Notes: generated from the letters alone by a model not told the origin. DNA of 63,265 nt, filler included, from Octopus bimaculoides (GCF_001194135.2; 3 parts of 3 records of this genome joined end to end with filler, not necessarily neighbours in it), one strand, 5' to 3'; shown: positions 36,474 through 50,871, counted from the whole stretch's first letter. Translations and numbers: made by a program.

Positions 36474-38039
36474 TTTGTTTCAGTTTTAGAGAGAAGGCCA
36501 GCAATTTTAGGGGCCGGGTGTAAGTCAATTACATCGACCCCACTAATCAACTGGCACTTATGACCCCGAAAGAATGAAAGACACCCTACCAAATTCTCCT
36601 TTCTCTATATTCCGCAGCATACAGACGCCTGCTTATTCTCCACCCTCACCTTTCTCTTCGAGATGTCATGATAACAAATGACTTTCCTTTTTCTTTTTCT
36701 GTTTCTTTTTTTTTGTGTGTTTTGTTTTGTTTTGTTTTGTTTTTTTATCAGCGAAGAAATTGTCCTGACCTTCGTCCTTTTAATCGTATTTATGACAATA
36801 CCTCTTTCGGTAAAGGAAAACTGACACTTATTTGAAGACGAAATGCGACGAGTTGAACTTCCCGATGAACTCGGGCTGATCTAAAAGTGGAATCTCTTCG
36901 ATATTGCTTCGCATGTCAGCAGTGTTTGAAATCCTGAAGAGTAATAAAGAAAAGATTCACTAAGCTCTGCGTGTTTCAGACAGCCTACTGACGCTTGGAA
37001 TTTGATAATAGTCACCGGTATATTTCGGAGAAGAGAACTAAAATTGTCTTTAACGACGTCCAGATTGTCCCGTCATTACATTATACCGCAACCCGGTCTA
37101 AACCTATTTAAAAATGTGTAAGCTGGCATTCCACCGCAATGCCAGCCTGGAATATGGCCCTCTACACCTGATACCAGTCGCTAATGTTCGGACCACACTC
37201 GACACAGGCGACATATGACGGACATAATTATAAAAGAAAAAAAGCCCATGGCAACACTTTCTAAGCACCTAAAAATATCTGCTGACACCGCCTCAGTACA
37301 TTCATAAGTTTCGTACAGCTTACCGAGTTCTCCGCTGTGAACCGAAACAAAAACGTTACTAAACGGGTCACTTCTGGACTAAGATAAAGCGAAATGAATA
37401 GACTGATATATTATGGAAACGATGTATGCATTCTTTACATCTTTGAACCTTTCGCAGATAGACTCATACTATTTGTAACCTTGTCAAAATTTGTACTCAC
37501 CTGGAAGGTGAAAGAGTAAGAATCCCTAAAATACCTTAAACGACCTACCGTCCAGTGACAGTCGGCACACAATGGCTTCTTAAGATTTTGTGTAAGTATT
37601 CCGATGACTTTTCGTCTTTAATGCCTGCCAACCACTTTTATTTCTGGGGTTTGCGACAGCATGTTACACGTAGGCAGTCATCTCCCCTTCCTTAGTATAC
37701 TAGCCTCCAATACATTCTTTATTATTTTATTCTTTTACTTGTTTAGATCATTGGCAAGATGAAACGGGTACTTAGGAAACTGAATGTTTCGAAACAGTTC
37801 CGATACATCACCATTTAGTCTGAACACCAACAATTAGATGCCGCACTAAAAAGTGATTCATGCTCTAAAATATGGAACCGAAACCTGTTTTACTTGATGC
37901 AAACTCCCGTTTGGTGAAGGCTTCAAAATTATCAAAATTATCAACTGATAAATGTACGTTTTTTTTGTCTGAATACAGAGAATGTGGTGCAGAACAATGA
38001 TTCGATGCAGGATCTAAAATATGGGGCCGAAAGTCATTA

Positions 38040-38620
38040 CACTTTTAAGACAGCCACTCGTTTACGATACTGTAACCTGGTAAAAGTTTAAGGCAGATCA
38101 AAATCTCAAACTGGTGAGCGCCCTTCCTGAAACCAGACATATTACCTATCCTCTCTCTGGTGCATTGTATTAGATTTCGACTTCCCTGAATATATCTACC
38201 AACGATCGGATAGGTCTCTTGCCGATGACAAACATCGACCAATTTCCAGTACCTTGGCTTAAATCTAAAACTCTGCATTTAGCAGAATTATGTACGAGAA
38301 ATTCTCAGTCGCATTATCCTCCTTTAAGCCCTTCCTCGGCAGCCACAAAATATATCTTTTCACATACGAGTATAATGTACGTGACTTGCTGGCACATGTG
38401 ATAAACATCTTAGAGGACATTTGCGAACTAACATGGCATGTAAGCAAAAATCTCTGAAAAAAAATATCATCCAAGCATGACGATTAATTCTCGCTCAATA
38501 ATACAAAGCCTGCCATATGTCAGCTGCATTTATCGGCTGTTAACATTATTTCACATCTTCTGGTGAAAGTCTTAGCAGTTCGTACACGTCGGCATTGAAG
38601 TCTACCCTATCAATCCCCCC
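38040..38620 (-). mobile_element. Degraded LINE reverse transcriptase fragment
   Basis: KGLKEDNATENFSYIILLN resembles KKGD..C.NYRGISLL, and SGFRKG resembles Q.GFRKGRS. Many stops. Confidence 0.5.
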
Positions 38621-39706
38621 ATTTTCTCTAAACAGTCAGAAATGATGCTGCACAGCACACGTAACACAACGTCCAGTTGTTGTCCGGCATCAATATTGAA
38701 GAAGCGCTAAAGACAGACAGCGTAACGGTCTTTCGGTTCTTGTCTCTCTTAGCTACCACAGCCATACGCTTTGAGCTGTTGTTGTTGTTGGTGGTGGTGG
38801 TGGTGGTGGAGAAGNNNNNNNNNNNNNNNNNNNNNNNNNNNNNNNNNNNNNNNNNNNNNNNNNNNNNNNNNNNNNNNNNNNNNNNNNNNNNNNNNNNNNN
38901 NNNNNNNNNNNNNNNNNNNNNNNNNNNNNNNNNNNNNNNNNNNNNNNNNNNNNNNNNNNNNNNNNNNNNNNNNNNNNNNNNNNNNNNNNNNNNNNNNNNN
39001 NNNNNNNNNNNNNNNNNNNNNNNNNNNNNNNNNNNNNNNNNNNNNNNNNNNNNNNNNNNNNNNNNNNNNNNNNNNNNNNNNNNNNNNNNNNNNNNNNNNN
39101 NNNNNNNNNNNNNNNNNNNNNNNNNNNNNNNNNNNNNNNNNNNNNNNNNNNNNNNNNNNNNNNNNNNNNNNNNNNNNNNNNNNNNNNNNNNNNNNNNNNN
39201 NNNNNNNNNNNNNNNNNNNNNNNNNNNNNNNNNNNNNNNNNNNNNNNNNNNNNNNNNNNNNNNNNNNNNNNNNNNNNNNNNNNNNNNNNNNNNNNNNNNN
39301 NNNNNNNNNNNNNNNNNNNNNNNNNNNNNNNNNNNNNNNNNNNNNNNNNNNNNNNNNNNNNNNNNNNNNNNNNNNNNNNNNNNNNNNNNNNNNNNNNNNN
39401 NNNNNNNNNNNNNNNNNNNNNNNNNNNNNNNNNNNNNNNNNNNNNNNNNNNNNNNNNNNNNNNNNNNNNNNNNNNNNNNNNNNNNNNNNNNNNNNNNNNN
39501 NNNNNNNNNNNNNNNNNNNNNNNNNNNNNNNNNNNNNNNNNNNNNNNNNNNNNNNNNNNNNNNNNNNNNNNNNNNNNNNNNNNNNNNNNNNNNNNNNNNN
39601 NNNNNNNNNNNNNNNNNNNNNNNNNNNNNTATCTATATATATATATTGACGTCAATATATATATGTATGTATATGTGCATATATAACATATATATATATT
39701 TGTTTT

Positions 39707-39740
<34 letters not shown>

Positions 39741-40824
39741 CACACATACATACACACACATACATACACACATACACAGAGGCATATGCAAGCACATACC
39801 CACCGATATGCTTACAAAGATATACTCACTTATATGCACAGACGCATGCACGTACATATATCTATCTATCCATCCGGCCGACCATCCATCCATCTATCCA
39901 TCCAGCTCGCTTTCTTCGAAGAAGTTAAAAAGTATGGTCATTTAACAGAATGACACCCTAGTACGTATTTACACATTCTCTTCTCTCCTCACACAAGACC
40001 AATGCCACGGCCGCTAACGTCTCCTGTTAAGCATTAATCATAAAGGTATTTTATAAATCATTTAATCTGTACCGAGAATTTACGCTAAGATCAAATAACT
40101 CTGGATTTATTTGCTGACTTTCAATAAAAGACGTAATATAGACGTATAAATTTAAACATTAATATCCAGCTTGATTCATTAACTACGATTATTTAATAGC
40201 AGTTAAATTAAATATTGCATATGTACATCGGTCAGTTCAAAGATATAATTTTAATTCTTACACGAGTGTGTGATCTTTCAGATTCTGCGATTCATTTTTG
40301 GTTCATTTTGGTATCCAGGGACATAACTCTTTAAAATGACTTACTTCCCTTAGGCAAACCAATTCATCGTCTTTTCACCAGTTCCTTGTTAGCATGAAGT
40401 CGTAATACGATTCAATGTGGCTCTCATTCATTTGCTTTCATTTTCGGCTGGAATTTCAAATTGACAAGAATTAGATACTTTCAAAATCAGTAAATTGTAT
40501 TCAATTTATCTGACATTACAATTTGAACTCAATCAAAATTTAATGGATAGTTAAAAGTATTTTCAATTCAATACAAATCCGAAAATCATTTTCTGTGTTT
40601 TTATCAGTATTTCAGTAATTTCCAGACGAAATCCTTTTTTTTATTTATTTTTATTTTATTTATCTATTTTTTATTTATTTATTTTATTTTTTTTTTTGTA
40701 TTTAGGATAGTGTTTTTAATTATTTTCATTGCTTTTCTTCAATTTACTTAAATTTGCAAATCATAATGTTTGCCAAAAATACTGTCTGCTCACACACTTC
40801 ATACGCACACAAACGTGCATGCAG

Positions 40825-40872
<48 letters not shown>

Positions 40873-41430
40873 GTGAGTATATACACATGAAATACACACA
40901 CATGCAATATACACACACACACACGTACGTACACACAGAAGTGAGTACGTGCAAAAATGCACATACGAAAAAATATGTATATATTGCGTAGGNNNNNNNN
41001 NNCAACAAACCGCTAATTTGCAGAGACATAAACAAACCAGCATGGGTGTGTGTGTGAGAGAGAGAGAGAAAAGTCCATGTGTCCGTTTTTATTCCCCACC
41101 ATCACTTGACTGCCAGTGCTGGTTTGTTTACGTACCCGTAATCTATCAGTTCGGCAATCAGTGACCGATAGGATAAGTACCGGACTTTAAAAATGAATGA
41201 GTATTCGAGCCGATTCATTCGACTAAAAGTTCTTCAAGGTGGTGCCCCAGTATGGCCACAGTCTAATGACTGAAAGAGTTAAAAGATATAAAAGATATAC
41301 AACTATATCACTGTATCAACCATATTATCAGAGGTCGTTCTATACCGCTGCTCACAGTGCGCTTCCTCACATTGTTTTTGCTTTCGAACGATGTTATCCC
41401 GGTGACTAGGCGGACAGACCAATATATACT

Positions 41431-41632
41431 ATTTTACTCTTTTACCCTTTCATTTGTTTTAGTAATTTGACTGCGGCCATGCTGGAGCACCGCCTTTAGT
41501 CGAGCAAATCGACCCCAGGACTTATTCATTGTAAGCCTAGTACTTATTCTGTCGGTCTCTTTTGCTGAACCGCTACGTTACGAGGACGTAAACATACCAA
41601 CATCGGTTGTCAAACGATGGTGGGGGACAGAT
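41431..41632 (-). mobile_element. SINE family A, 3' half
   Basis: Reverse complement of ...AGAATAAGTCCTGGGGTCGATTTGCTCGACTAAAGGCGGTGCTCCAGCATGGCCGCAGTC. Confidence 0.85.
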
Positions 41633-42114
41633 ATATAGGCGCAGGAGTGGCTGCGTGGTATATAATCGCTGCTTGAGTCACTATTCTTATAATGTCGAGC
41701 CAATAAGTGAACAACAATCTACGCAATCTTTCGACTTGCAAAAATTTACGGTTAAATTTCTCTCTGATCATGCCCTTTGATTATGCGGAAAGGAATTTAT
41801 GTTGGATAATGTAATACTAGGTATTCAGTATCTACATAGAAAAAGTCGGATGGTCAGAGAAGAAGTCTCCTCCGATCATAAGCCTCTTTCAGTGGACGAT
41901 GATCTGGAATTAAACAACAACAAGTCGCAATAGCCACAAATACAACTACAACAGCTCTGAATATTGGTTTCACATCTTTTCGCAAGGCCAACAATTTCGG
42001 GGGAGAGGATAAGTCTATCACATCAACCCTAGTATTCAACTGGTATTTATTTTATCGATTCAATGGATGAAAAGCTAAGTCGACCACGGCGAAATACCAG
42101 CTCTCAGTATTAGC

Positions 42115-42565
42115 ATTATTAGAAGGCGGAAAATTGGCAATCGTTAGCACACCGTCCAAAATGCTTACCGGCATTTTGTTTGTCCGAACGTTCTCATTTC
42201 AAATTCCGCCGAAGTTGACTTTGCCTTTCCATCTTTTCGGGGGTCGATAAAATAAGTACCAGTTGAGCACTGGAGTCGATGTACTCGATTTACCCTGTCA
42301 AAAATAACACACCTTGTACCAAAATTTGAAGCCAATATTAGTAATGTTAGAAGGCAGTGAGCTGGTAGAACGATTAGCATTCCCGGTAAAATGTTTACCG
42401 TCATTTCATCCGTCTTCCCGTTCTGACTTCAAATTCTGCCTGGGTTGAATTTGCCGTTCATCCCCTCAGGGTCGATAAAATGAGTACTGATTGTGTACTT
42501 GGATCGATGTAATCAACCTACCCCTCTCCCGTAGTTGCTGGCCATGTGCCAAGATTTAGAAGCAC
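42115..42565 (+). mobile_element. Two tandem SINE family C copies
   Basis: Each has ...GAATCGTTAGCA...AAATGCTTACCGGCATTT...TTTGCC(T/G)TT(T)CATC...GGGTCGATAAAAT(A/G)AGTAC. Other copies occur near 3260, 3470, 19935, 36480, 41985, 46700, 49815, 55595, 58075 and 58655. Confidence 0.8.
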
Positions 42566-42792
42566 TGTTGTAATAAGCAAAAATGTAAACTTGAACTACA
42601 CCTTAAACATAAGCATAATGTTAGGTCTAAAACTTAAACCATATGTTAAATTCAAATTACGACAAACGTAAATAAACAAACGAAGTTTGCTTTTAGAAGC
42701 GTTGAGATGACTTTAGAAAGTTAAAGAAGTGATTTTAAATTCTCAATCGCAGAAGAGATTTATATATCTTAATTTGCAGAAGAATTCGTAGT

Positions 42793-42868
42793 GGGTAGTT
42801 TAGCTTAATCGGTCAAAGCATCGTGACGCGTAATCACGGGGAAGTGAGTTCGAGTCCACAGCTAACCA
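42793..42868 (+). pseudogene. tRNA-Thr(CGT)-like pseudogene or SINE head
   Basis: D arm GCTT-AATCGGTCA-AAGC, anticodon arm CGTGA-CGCGTAA-TCACG and T loop TTCGAGT. The acceptor stem has a mismatch, there is G at position 33, and one base is deleted from the T stem. Confidence 0.6.
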
Positions 42869-43206
42869 ACTACACTTTTCTCTGCAAAATAGGGGTAGTT
42901 TATCCTGTTCAGGCTATATTATTAGCATTATTCTGCGATTGAGAATTTAAAATCACTGTAACTTTTTAAACCATATTCTTAAATTCTAATCTTTCACTAT
43001 AACTAGCGATATTTGGGCTTACATGGATCGTGTCATTAGTGGCAACGTTCAATTTGTGAAGCAACGAAACAATGAATAACACAAGATCAAGTTAGGCATC
43101 AGTTTTCATTAACCATTACCGGTTTGAAAGAGCCACAAACGGTCGGAGAATTGTCGCTCATCCCGTGACTAAGGATTTGTTTTTCATATGTGGCGAAGTT
43201 ATATGC

Positions 43207-43585
43207 GTGGAGGCGCAATGGCCCAGTGGTTTGGGCAGCGGACTCACGGTCATAGGATCGCGGTTTCTATTCTCAGACCGGGCGTTGTGGGTGTTTATTG
43301 AGCGAAAATACCTAAAGCTCCACGAGGCTCCGGCAGGGGATGGTGGCGAGCCCTGCTGTACTCTTTCACCATAACTTACTCTTACTTCCTGTTTCTGTTG
43401 TGCCTGTAATTCAAAGGGCCAACCTTGTCACACTGAATCACGCTGAATATCCCCGAGAACTACGTTATGGGTGCACGTGTCTGTGGAGTGCTCAGCCACT
43501 TGCACGTTAATTTCACGAGCAGGCTGTTCCGTTGATCGGATCAACTGGAACCCTCGACGTCGTAAGCGACGGAGTGCCAACACAA
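43207..43585 (+). mobile_element. tRNA-derived SINE, family B (near full length)
   Basis: GGCGCAATGGCCCAGTGGTT...GGTTTC(G/T)ATT head and tail CTGGAACCCTCGACGTCGTAAGCGACGGAGTGCCAAC. Highly similar to 49296-49676. Confidence 0.9.
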
Positions 43586-46500
43586 CGAAGCTATATGAAT
43601 TTCTAGATAGTACGATGATTACCATACTTATGGTTGATATTAAACATCACAAATTCACAATTGATTCCCTGCCTTCGATTGCATTCTATTTTCAGCAGGA
43701 TTTGGTCAACTGGAAATTATCTAAACAAGTTTTTTGTTTTGTTTATGTCATAGTTGCATAGTCTAGATTTGATATCAGCTGCTTATTGCATTACTTTTGT
43801 TTGGTAATTTTATTTACGGATATACATAGAGGGGCTAAAATCACACTAACCTTTACTCTAGTCCGGTCTGGCCTGCTTTTCTTACTCTCTTCCGTTCATT
43901 CCTGTCCTGCAGGATATTCACCGTAGGGAGACCCTTCTTTCTGTTCATTTTATTCGTCGGTCTTGGCAATTTCGATTTGATTGTGTTTGTTGTTGAATTT
44001 TTCGATTGTTTTGTCCTCATCTAAATCTGTTCAAGTAATCATTTTCTAGTATCCCTATATGGAAATACTACTTTTCTGACTTGGCGATAGATTATAATAA
44101 TTAGCGTATATATGTTAGCCAACTAATTTGTTTATAAGTTCACTTCGATTATTTTCTCAGATTTCTCAATCTATTTGAAACCCTTTTTATGTGTCTTTGT
44201 GGTTGATATATGTCATCTAGTTCAAATTAGTTCAAGTTTAGCATAACTAGTTTGGAATACCAGAAGAAGCCCCCCCCACACACACACACACACACACCTA
44301 CACAGTTATATGTACTAATAAAAGTACTAATAAGATGAGAAAGGGCAGCGCCCTTGACTCTTTTCATGTGCTTGTTGACTAGTGGGAATAAGTCTGGAGT
44401 CGGCTAACGCTCCCAATGGTCAGGTAGCTTTGTTAAACCGGGTGAGATATTAACCATATTGTCCCAAAACAAGACCGCTCCCACCGACTGGCTATCACGC
44501 AGTTTCTTTCCACCAAATCTTCACTCAGAGGTATTTGGTTCAATGGAGAGTATGGTAAAAGTTATTATATCAATATTCCACTAGATGGTATCGAAACCGA
44601 ACACAGTATTTTCTAAACTAATTTCATAACCACGCGGTTATCTACAGCTGTGTCTTAGTGACGGCCTTTGTTCATCTCGTAAATTAACCTTTTATATCTC
44701 TCTATACCTATATACAATAGAAATGATATTTTTTAATGTACTGCTGGCTTCATTTGCCGTCATCCGGCATATACAGAACACTGACGAAGGAAGTAACAAT
44801 GTTTGATTGTTTCCTTCATTACGCATTTAATTGAGTGTCTACTATGGTATCTTAGGAATCACTTAAACTGACAACCTCCAAATTTTAATTATCTCAGTAA
44901 TTACCAAGGAAAGAAATATATAGGAAGGATTATTTTTCGTATAGAATCTGAAATTTAGTACCTTTCAGTATTAAGTACTATGTTGCCCCACTCTATTTAG
45001 TGATGGCTACGAGTTATAGTTACATTGAGAGGATATATTATGTGGGTGTGTAGTGTTTGTTATTGTTATACAGCTACGTGTTGCAGTTGTGCAATGATAT
45101 AGAAATACAGTTTTAAAATATAATGGTGATGTGCTTGATTAGTAGAAGGAATTTCGACGTTGCTTAGCCCCAGGTCAACCGCTGTTGATCAAAAACTTCT
45201 GATAGTCACAGATTTAAACCTTGACATTTTATCTTTTCATTACTGGGACATAAGACTAATTTACTTGCCCTTCTTTAAATAAGGTAATTGAGGACAATCT
45301 AGCTGGTTAAATGATCAGCTACAGGCTCTATCGTTGGCTGTAATCTTTTATGCGTGGCAAGGTGTAGTGGTGTAAACTGGCGATGGTAGTAATTGTAGAA
45401 GGAATCGATACAGTGAAATAGAGTTGTACAGTAATTGCTTTCATTTAATCCCAGTTCGACCATAATTGAGCTTGAACTTTATCGATGGCATTCCAACCGC
45501 GAGCGCCGCAGATTTTACTTGTGCATATAACCCAGAGCCACACCTTCCAGCTTACCTTTTTAAAGGCGGCCTGGTGTGATTTGAGAGGGACTTGGTTGCT
45601 ATTTGCAGCAGGTCATGTGACCATGTAGAGGTTCCTTCGTTGGATCTTTATGTACAGTTTTTACTGTCGCTATTGTTTAGCTCCAGGCCAGTACTGACTG
45701 AAAACATCTGGGATCAAAAGCATTCCTGTCATGACCATCCTGTCTTCTTCGTAAGGACAGTGAATCGTGGAAAACATTCTGTTATAATCTTTTTTAAACG
45801 AAAGTTATAAANNNNNNNNNNAGGACAGTGAATCGTGGAAAACATTCTGTTATAATCTTTTTTAAACGAAAGTTATAAATTTGAAGTAGTTTTGATTGCT
45901 AATTCTAGTAAATTGAGCGACTATGAAGAGGCTCGCTCATTTACTTGCATACTGCATTCTATTGTGTTCGTAGTATGTCATCATTTGGTGCTATTTGTAA
46001 TTTAAAATGGTGTTGTATTCGTTGTTTAGCAAAAGGATCAGTATTGGTCGAATAGAACTATTATCATAAGCATTTCAATCATGACCATTTTAGCTTCTTT
46101 TAAGATACGGAGTATTTCTTAATGCACCAACTACAGAACACTTTCTTGTTGTAAGACGATATGATGAAGTTTGAAGGAAAATTGGTTTTTCTCGCATTGT
46201 GGTTTATAAGCGGAATGAGCGTTGTATAGTGTGTAACAAAGCTGGACTTTGAATTACGGGTTCAATAAAGCCGTTGAATTTCTGTACTGTTTCCACTTGC
46301 CCAGTTCCAACAATGAAATTTGGGCAGATCTAAGGCTATGCTAGAAGGCACTTGCCCAATATACAACGTTGTGGGGATCAAATTTGTTACTTCATAATTT
46401 CAAAGTCAATAACTACTTAACTAGACCACGATACTGTATACTTCATAGATCAAATAGTGACAGAAGATGGGGCCAGAAAATTATTTGGGCGTGGTCAGTG

Positions 46501-46899
46501 TACAGTTCTCACGGAGATTCTTTAGGGAAAAATTTACAGAGACGCTCTACAAACAACAAATGAGAGAGTTTCTAGTGTGGTAATAAGTGAGATAACAAAG
46601 AGCAAGTCGTTCAGACACGGGTGTGGAGTCGCTGTAACTGCTGGTGTTAGTAGAAATGGCAACTAAATCTATCTGAAAAAAAAATTACTAAGGNNNNNNN
46701 NNNGGGAAGAGGCCATTCGACTAGATCGACCCCAGTACGCAACTGGTACTTAATTTATCGACACCGAAAAATTGAGAGGCAAAGTCGACCTCAGCGAAAT
46801 TTTAACTCAGAACGTAAAGACAGACGAAATACCGCGAATCATTTTGCCCGGCGTGCTAACGTTTCTGCCAGCACGACACCTTCAAGATCATAGATATTG

Positions 46900-47275
46900 T
46901 AATTCCTAGGGATGTACGAGTATATAATAAAGAACTAGTGAAGATTGAGAAGAACAAGCCCCTAAAAGATTAAATTGAACAAATGTGAGCAATGAAGAAA
47001 GTAACTGTCATCCTAGTAATTGTTGGGGTATTTGGGCGCATCAACAGCCAGGTTTGAGAAGTTTGTTGGAGAAATTGCGATTCACATGATCAGAAAATTG
47101 CTTTATTTGGAACAGCGTGGATTTTGAGATTGATACATGGATGTTAAGTATCGTGGAAATAGATTCTGTGAGACCCTTGACAACCAGTCTTTGCTCGCTC
47201 TTACAGAATTAAAGCAAGTGAAATCGAGTTATGCGAAGTGAAATCACAATAATAACAATAATAAGTGATTCAGTT
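46900..47275 (+). mobile_element. Degraded 3' end of an R4/Dong-like LINE with an (AAT/AAC) tail
   Basis: MKKVTVILVIVGVFG and KIALFGTAWILR, homologous to 12259-12440. Confidence 0.65.
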
Positions 47276-49295
47276 TCTCGTTTGAGGTAACCATTTGTTA
47301 GCCACAGCTTTCCTTACTAACACCATCCTCGGTTTGCTCACGGAATTGGCCATGTGATTCCGTCTCATTATCCAGTTATTTATTCTGTTCTTAAATTATC
47401 CTTGTTTCAATCACGTTTTGGATATTTCTGGCCACCGACAATATTCTTTCTCCATTACACATAACCCATTGGTCGGATTTTGTATCCAAACAACGACTGT
47501 ACTCAAAAACTGCAATGGGTCTTTTTGTTTATATTACATAAGACCATCAGCTCATAATGTTTGGTCATGTTGTTCGATGTTTCCGAGTAGAATCCCGCGT
47601 TCAGTGTTATTTTCTCCGAGGTTCCAGCTGGGCTAACAGCTCGTGTTTTTCAGCCAAAAGCCACGTGGGCACAGCAGATGAGTGAATAGCTCGCAAAGAT
47701 GGAGTCTAACTGGGGCACTGTTCAGAAGATTACTCGGGACAAACCAAGCAAGTGCCGACAAATGGTGGTTGCAGTGACGCACTGCAACGGCGAATACCCC
47801 CACAACTGACCTGACTATACGTAACCAAGATTTTTATACCGGATTGCAATAACTCTGACGTTCGCTCTTCATCGAGACAAACGCTTTTGTCGTCGGCCGT
47901 CGCTGCTGTGCGCCTTGCAGCGATCCAAGAATTTAACCTCTAGTGTCGCTGTACGAATGGTTCAGATCGTCGTTGAACATTGCGTCATCGTGAATGGAGA
48001 CTGAGCGATGATGTGCGTGTGAGGACATTTTCCAGAACACTATCCATTTCTTATGCTCTTCGCTTTGAGAAAATGAATTATTTCGCAGTGAAAATACCAG
48101 CCATGTCGGAAACTCAGCGAAGAGCACCTTCAGAAAAACCGTGGGTCAAATGACCTGTAGGTGGGCACGCTATTTCAATCTCAGCAGATCTTATCTGTGC
48201 AATGTTGAATTTTAATTTCAAATTTATTTAAATATGGAAATTAGGTAATTCTTTTGAAATCAGAAATATTTTCAATTTCTTTCAAATCAGGAGGTTTTTA
48301 TTATTATTTATTTTTTCAAATGAATATGTTTGATCGTTTCTCATTTAATGGAGATAAAGATATAGATCGATAATTAGAGGAAGAGCGGGAGACAGAAGAC
48401 AGAGACAGAGAGAAAGAGAGAGTTAGGGAGAGAGAGGACGTATATACGTATTCTAAAATGACGATATGTTAAATAATTGGACGGATGGTGACGGTTAAAA
48501 TCCAATGCGATGTTCGTCTGGCTTTTGTGGAGGAGTGCGGTATGAAGGCACCGGCTGGTAGCCTTCCATAAGCGGTGATCAAGAAAACCTATCAATAAAA
48601 GTGTTATATGGACTGTTGGATTTGTGTTCGTCTGAAGTCCTGTGTCAATGTGGTTCGTCTGAGTTCATTGTTTCATTGTTGTTGTCTTGTGTGACTGTCG
48701 TAGTAAAATGTCATTGATATATATGGCGGACATGATTCTTGTTTATTCACAACGAACATTGGGTGAGTGCGTTCTTTGTATGTAATTGAATAATAAATGT
48801 AATAATTAAACTGTACAACTCGTTGTGTTATCTCTGCGAGTCTTCCGAGGGAAATACAACAAAAAGAGTCAGATATCAATGCAGCACCTTCTTCGGTCAT
48901 AGTATGTCTTGGATCCTATTGGTTTTAAGACAAGATGTAATTTGAAGGAAATTTCTTGCTTTTCCTTACAGGTGAGCTTGTTGCGTAACTGTTTCTTTCT
49001 TGGTGCTGCTAGTATATTAGTAGAGAGACGCGTTGTATGTTGAGTTTGGCGTAGTAAAATGTAATTTAATGCTGTAGAAAGGTTAATTTGTGGTGTTAGA
49101 GTCAGACTACATTAATGAGGAAGTGCGGCAGTGGTGATGGAGCATTGATAGCGTTGAAATGATGTCGCTGGTGATGGGGTGATGATGGTAGCGACGTGGT
49201 GATGTTATGCTGCGTTTATATGATGATATGCGCATAAAGATAGTTGTGGAGAAGTGTTATGTCATTTATTTATTGCTTTATCTAGGAAGGGTGGT

Positions 49296-49676
49296 GGTGC
49301 AATGGCCCAGTGGTTAGGACAGCGGACTGGCGGTCATAGGATCGCGGTTTCGATTTCCAGACCGGGCGCTGTGGGTGTTTATTGAGCGAAAACACCTAAA
49401 GCTCCCCGAGGCTCCGGCAGGGGATGGTGGCGAACCCTGCTGTACTCTTTCGCCACAACTTTCTCTCACTCTTACTTCCTGTTTCTGTTGTGCCTGTAAT
49501 TCAAAGGGTCAGCCTTGTCACACTCTGTGTCACGCTGAATATCCCCGAGAACTACGTTAAGGGTACACGTGTCTGTGGAGTGCTCAGCCACTTGCACGTT
49601 AATTTCACGATCAGGCTGTTTTGTTGATCATATCAACTGGAACCCTCGACGTCGTAAGCGACGGAGTGCCAACAAT
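49296..49676 (+). mobile_element. SINE family B (near full length)
   Basis: Matches 43207-43585. Partial copies occur at 19790-19925 and 54100-54270. Confidence 0.9.
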
Positions 49677-50822
49677 CTAGGTAAGAAGCTTTTGTGGGTT
49701 TGGGCCCAATTCCTAGCAACATTAGAAGTTAGTCGGAGTTTAATCTGTTGAATGCGTTCTGTCTATGACCATGCAGCTCTCCTTCCTGTTATTGCGTATT
49801 CAAAATGATATTATGCGTCTACCTAAAGCGGTGAGCTCGCAGCATCATTACCGCGTCGGGAAAATGTTTAGCGGCATTTTTCCGTCTTTACATTCTGAGT
49901 TTGAATGCCGCCGGAGTCGACTTTACCTGTCACCTTTTCGGAGTCGATAAAATTAATACCAGTTAAACACTCAGGTCGATGTAACCGACTAAGCCCCTCC
50001 CCCGGAACTGATGGTGGTGTGCCAAAATTTGACATCAGTATTATGTATCACTCTTCCATCTGTTAAGGAGATTTCACTACAATTTCCTTCAGGTTTGGTG
50101 ACCATGTGGAAGTTCCGACATTGAGGTGTCTAGATATCAGAAAGAAAAAAAATGCTTTCTCCGGGTCTTAACGGTCTGCGATCAAATCTCTTCGTCCTTC
50201 CGAAGTCGATAAAATAAAGCACTAATCAAGTCCTGGAGTCTATGTTATCAACAACCTAACTGCTGGCATTGTAACTAAATCACTGGCATTGTAACTAAAT
50301 CAAAAACAATGTGTTGCTTGTTACTGATTTTGAACTGGTTGAACTGGTTTTGTTGTAACTGTTGTTCGTTTTGTGGTTGTGTAAACCCAGGTAAGATTCG
50401 ATCGAATCAATGAAAAGTCCAAAAAGCATTCCACTTGTGACCATCCAGTAATTTCCTCTGTGCAGTGAACACATAACCCCATCATCAAATCAACCAATTT
50501 TTTATGACGGTATTGTGCAATTCGAACGTTTTTAGCTGTTAGTTCCCGGAGAACCAGTGACTGCATACAGAGAGCCTCTTTGGCCAGCGATGTTTTGCGT
50601 TATACAGTAATGGCTTCGGGGTTCATTGTGGTCTCTGAATGGTAATGTTAAAGCGGTTGCCATGAATGACAGAGGTGTGCTGTCCTGAAGTGTGTATAGG
50701 TGTGTTGTACAGTGTGTAAGGGGGCGGGGTTGTCGGTTGGTAGTTGCCGCCTCAATTCTTACTTGACAAATCACTTGCATTCTTCTTTCTGCCATTAGTT
50801 GGTGTTGTAATGGTTGTTGTTG

Positions 50823-50871
50823 TTTTCTTCTTCTTCTTCTTCTTCTTCTTCTTCTTCTTCTTCTTCTTCTT

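Noticed and set aside
45754-45878. Exact 57-bp direct repeat flanking a 10-N gap
   Set aside because: Typical unmerged contig overlap, an assembly artefact.
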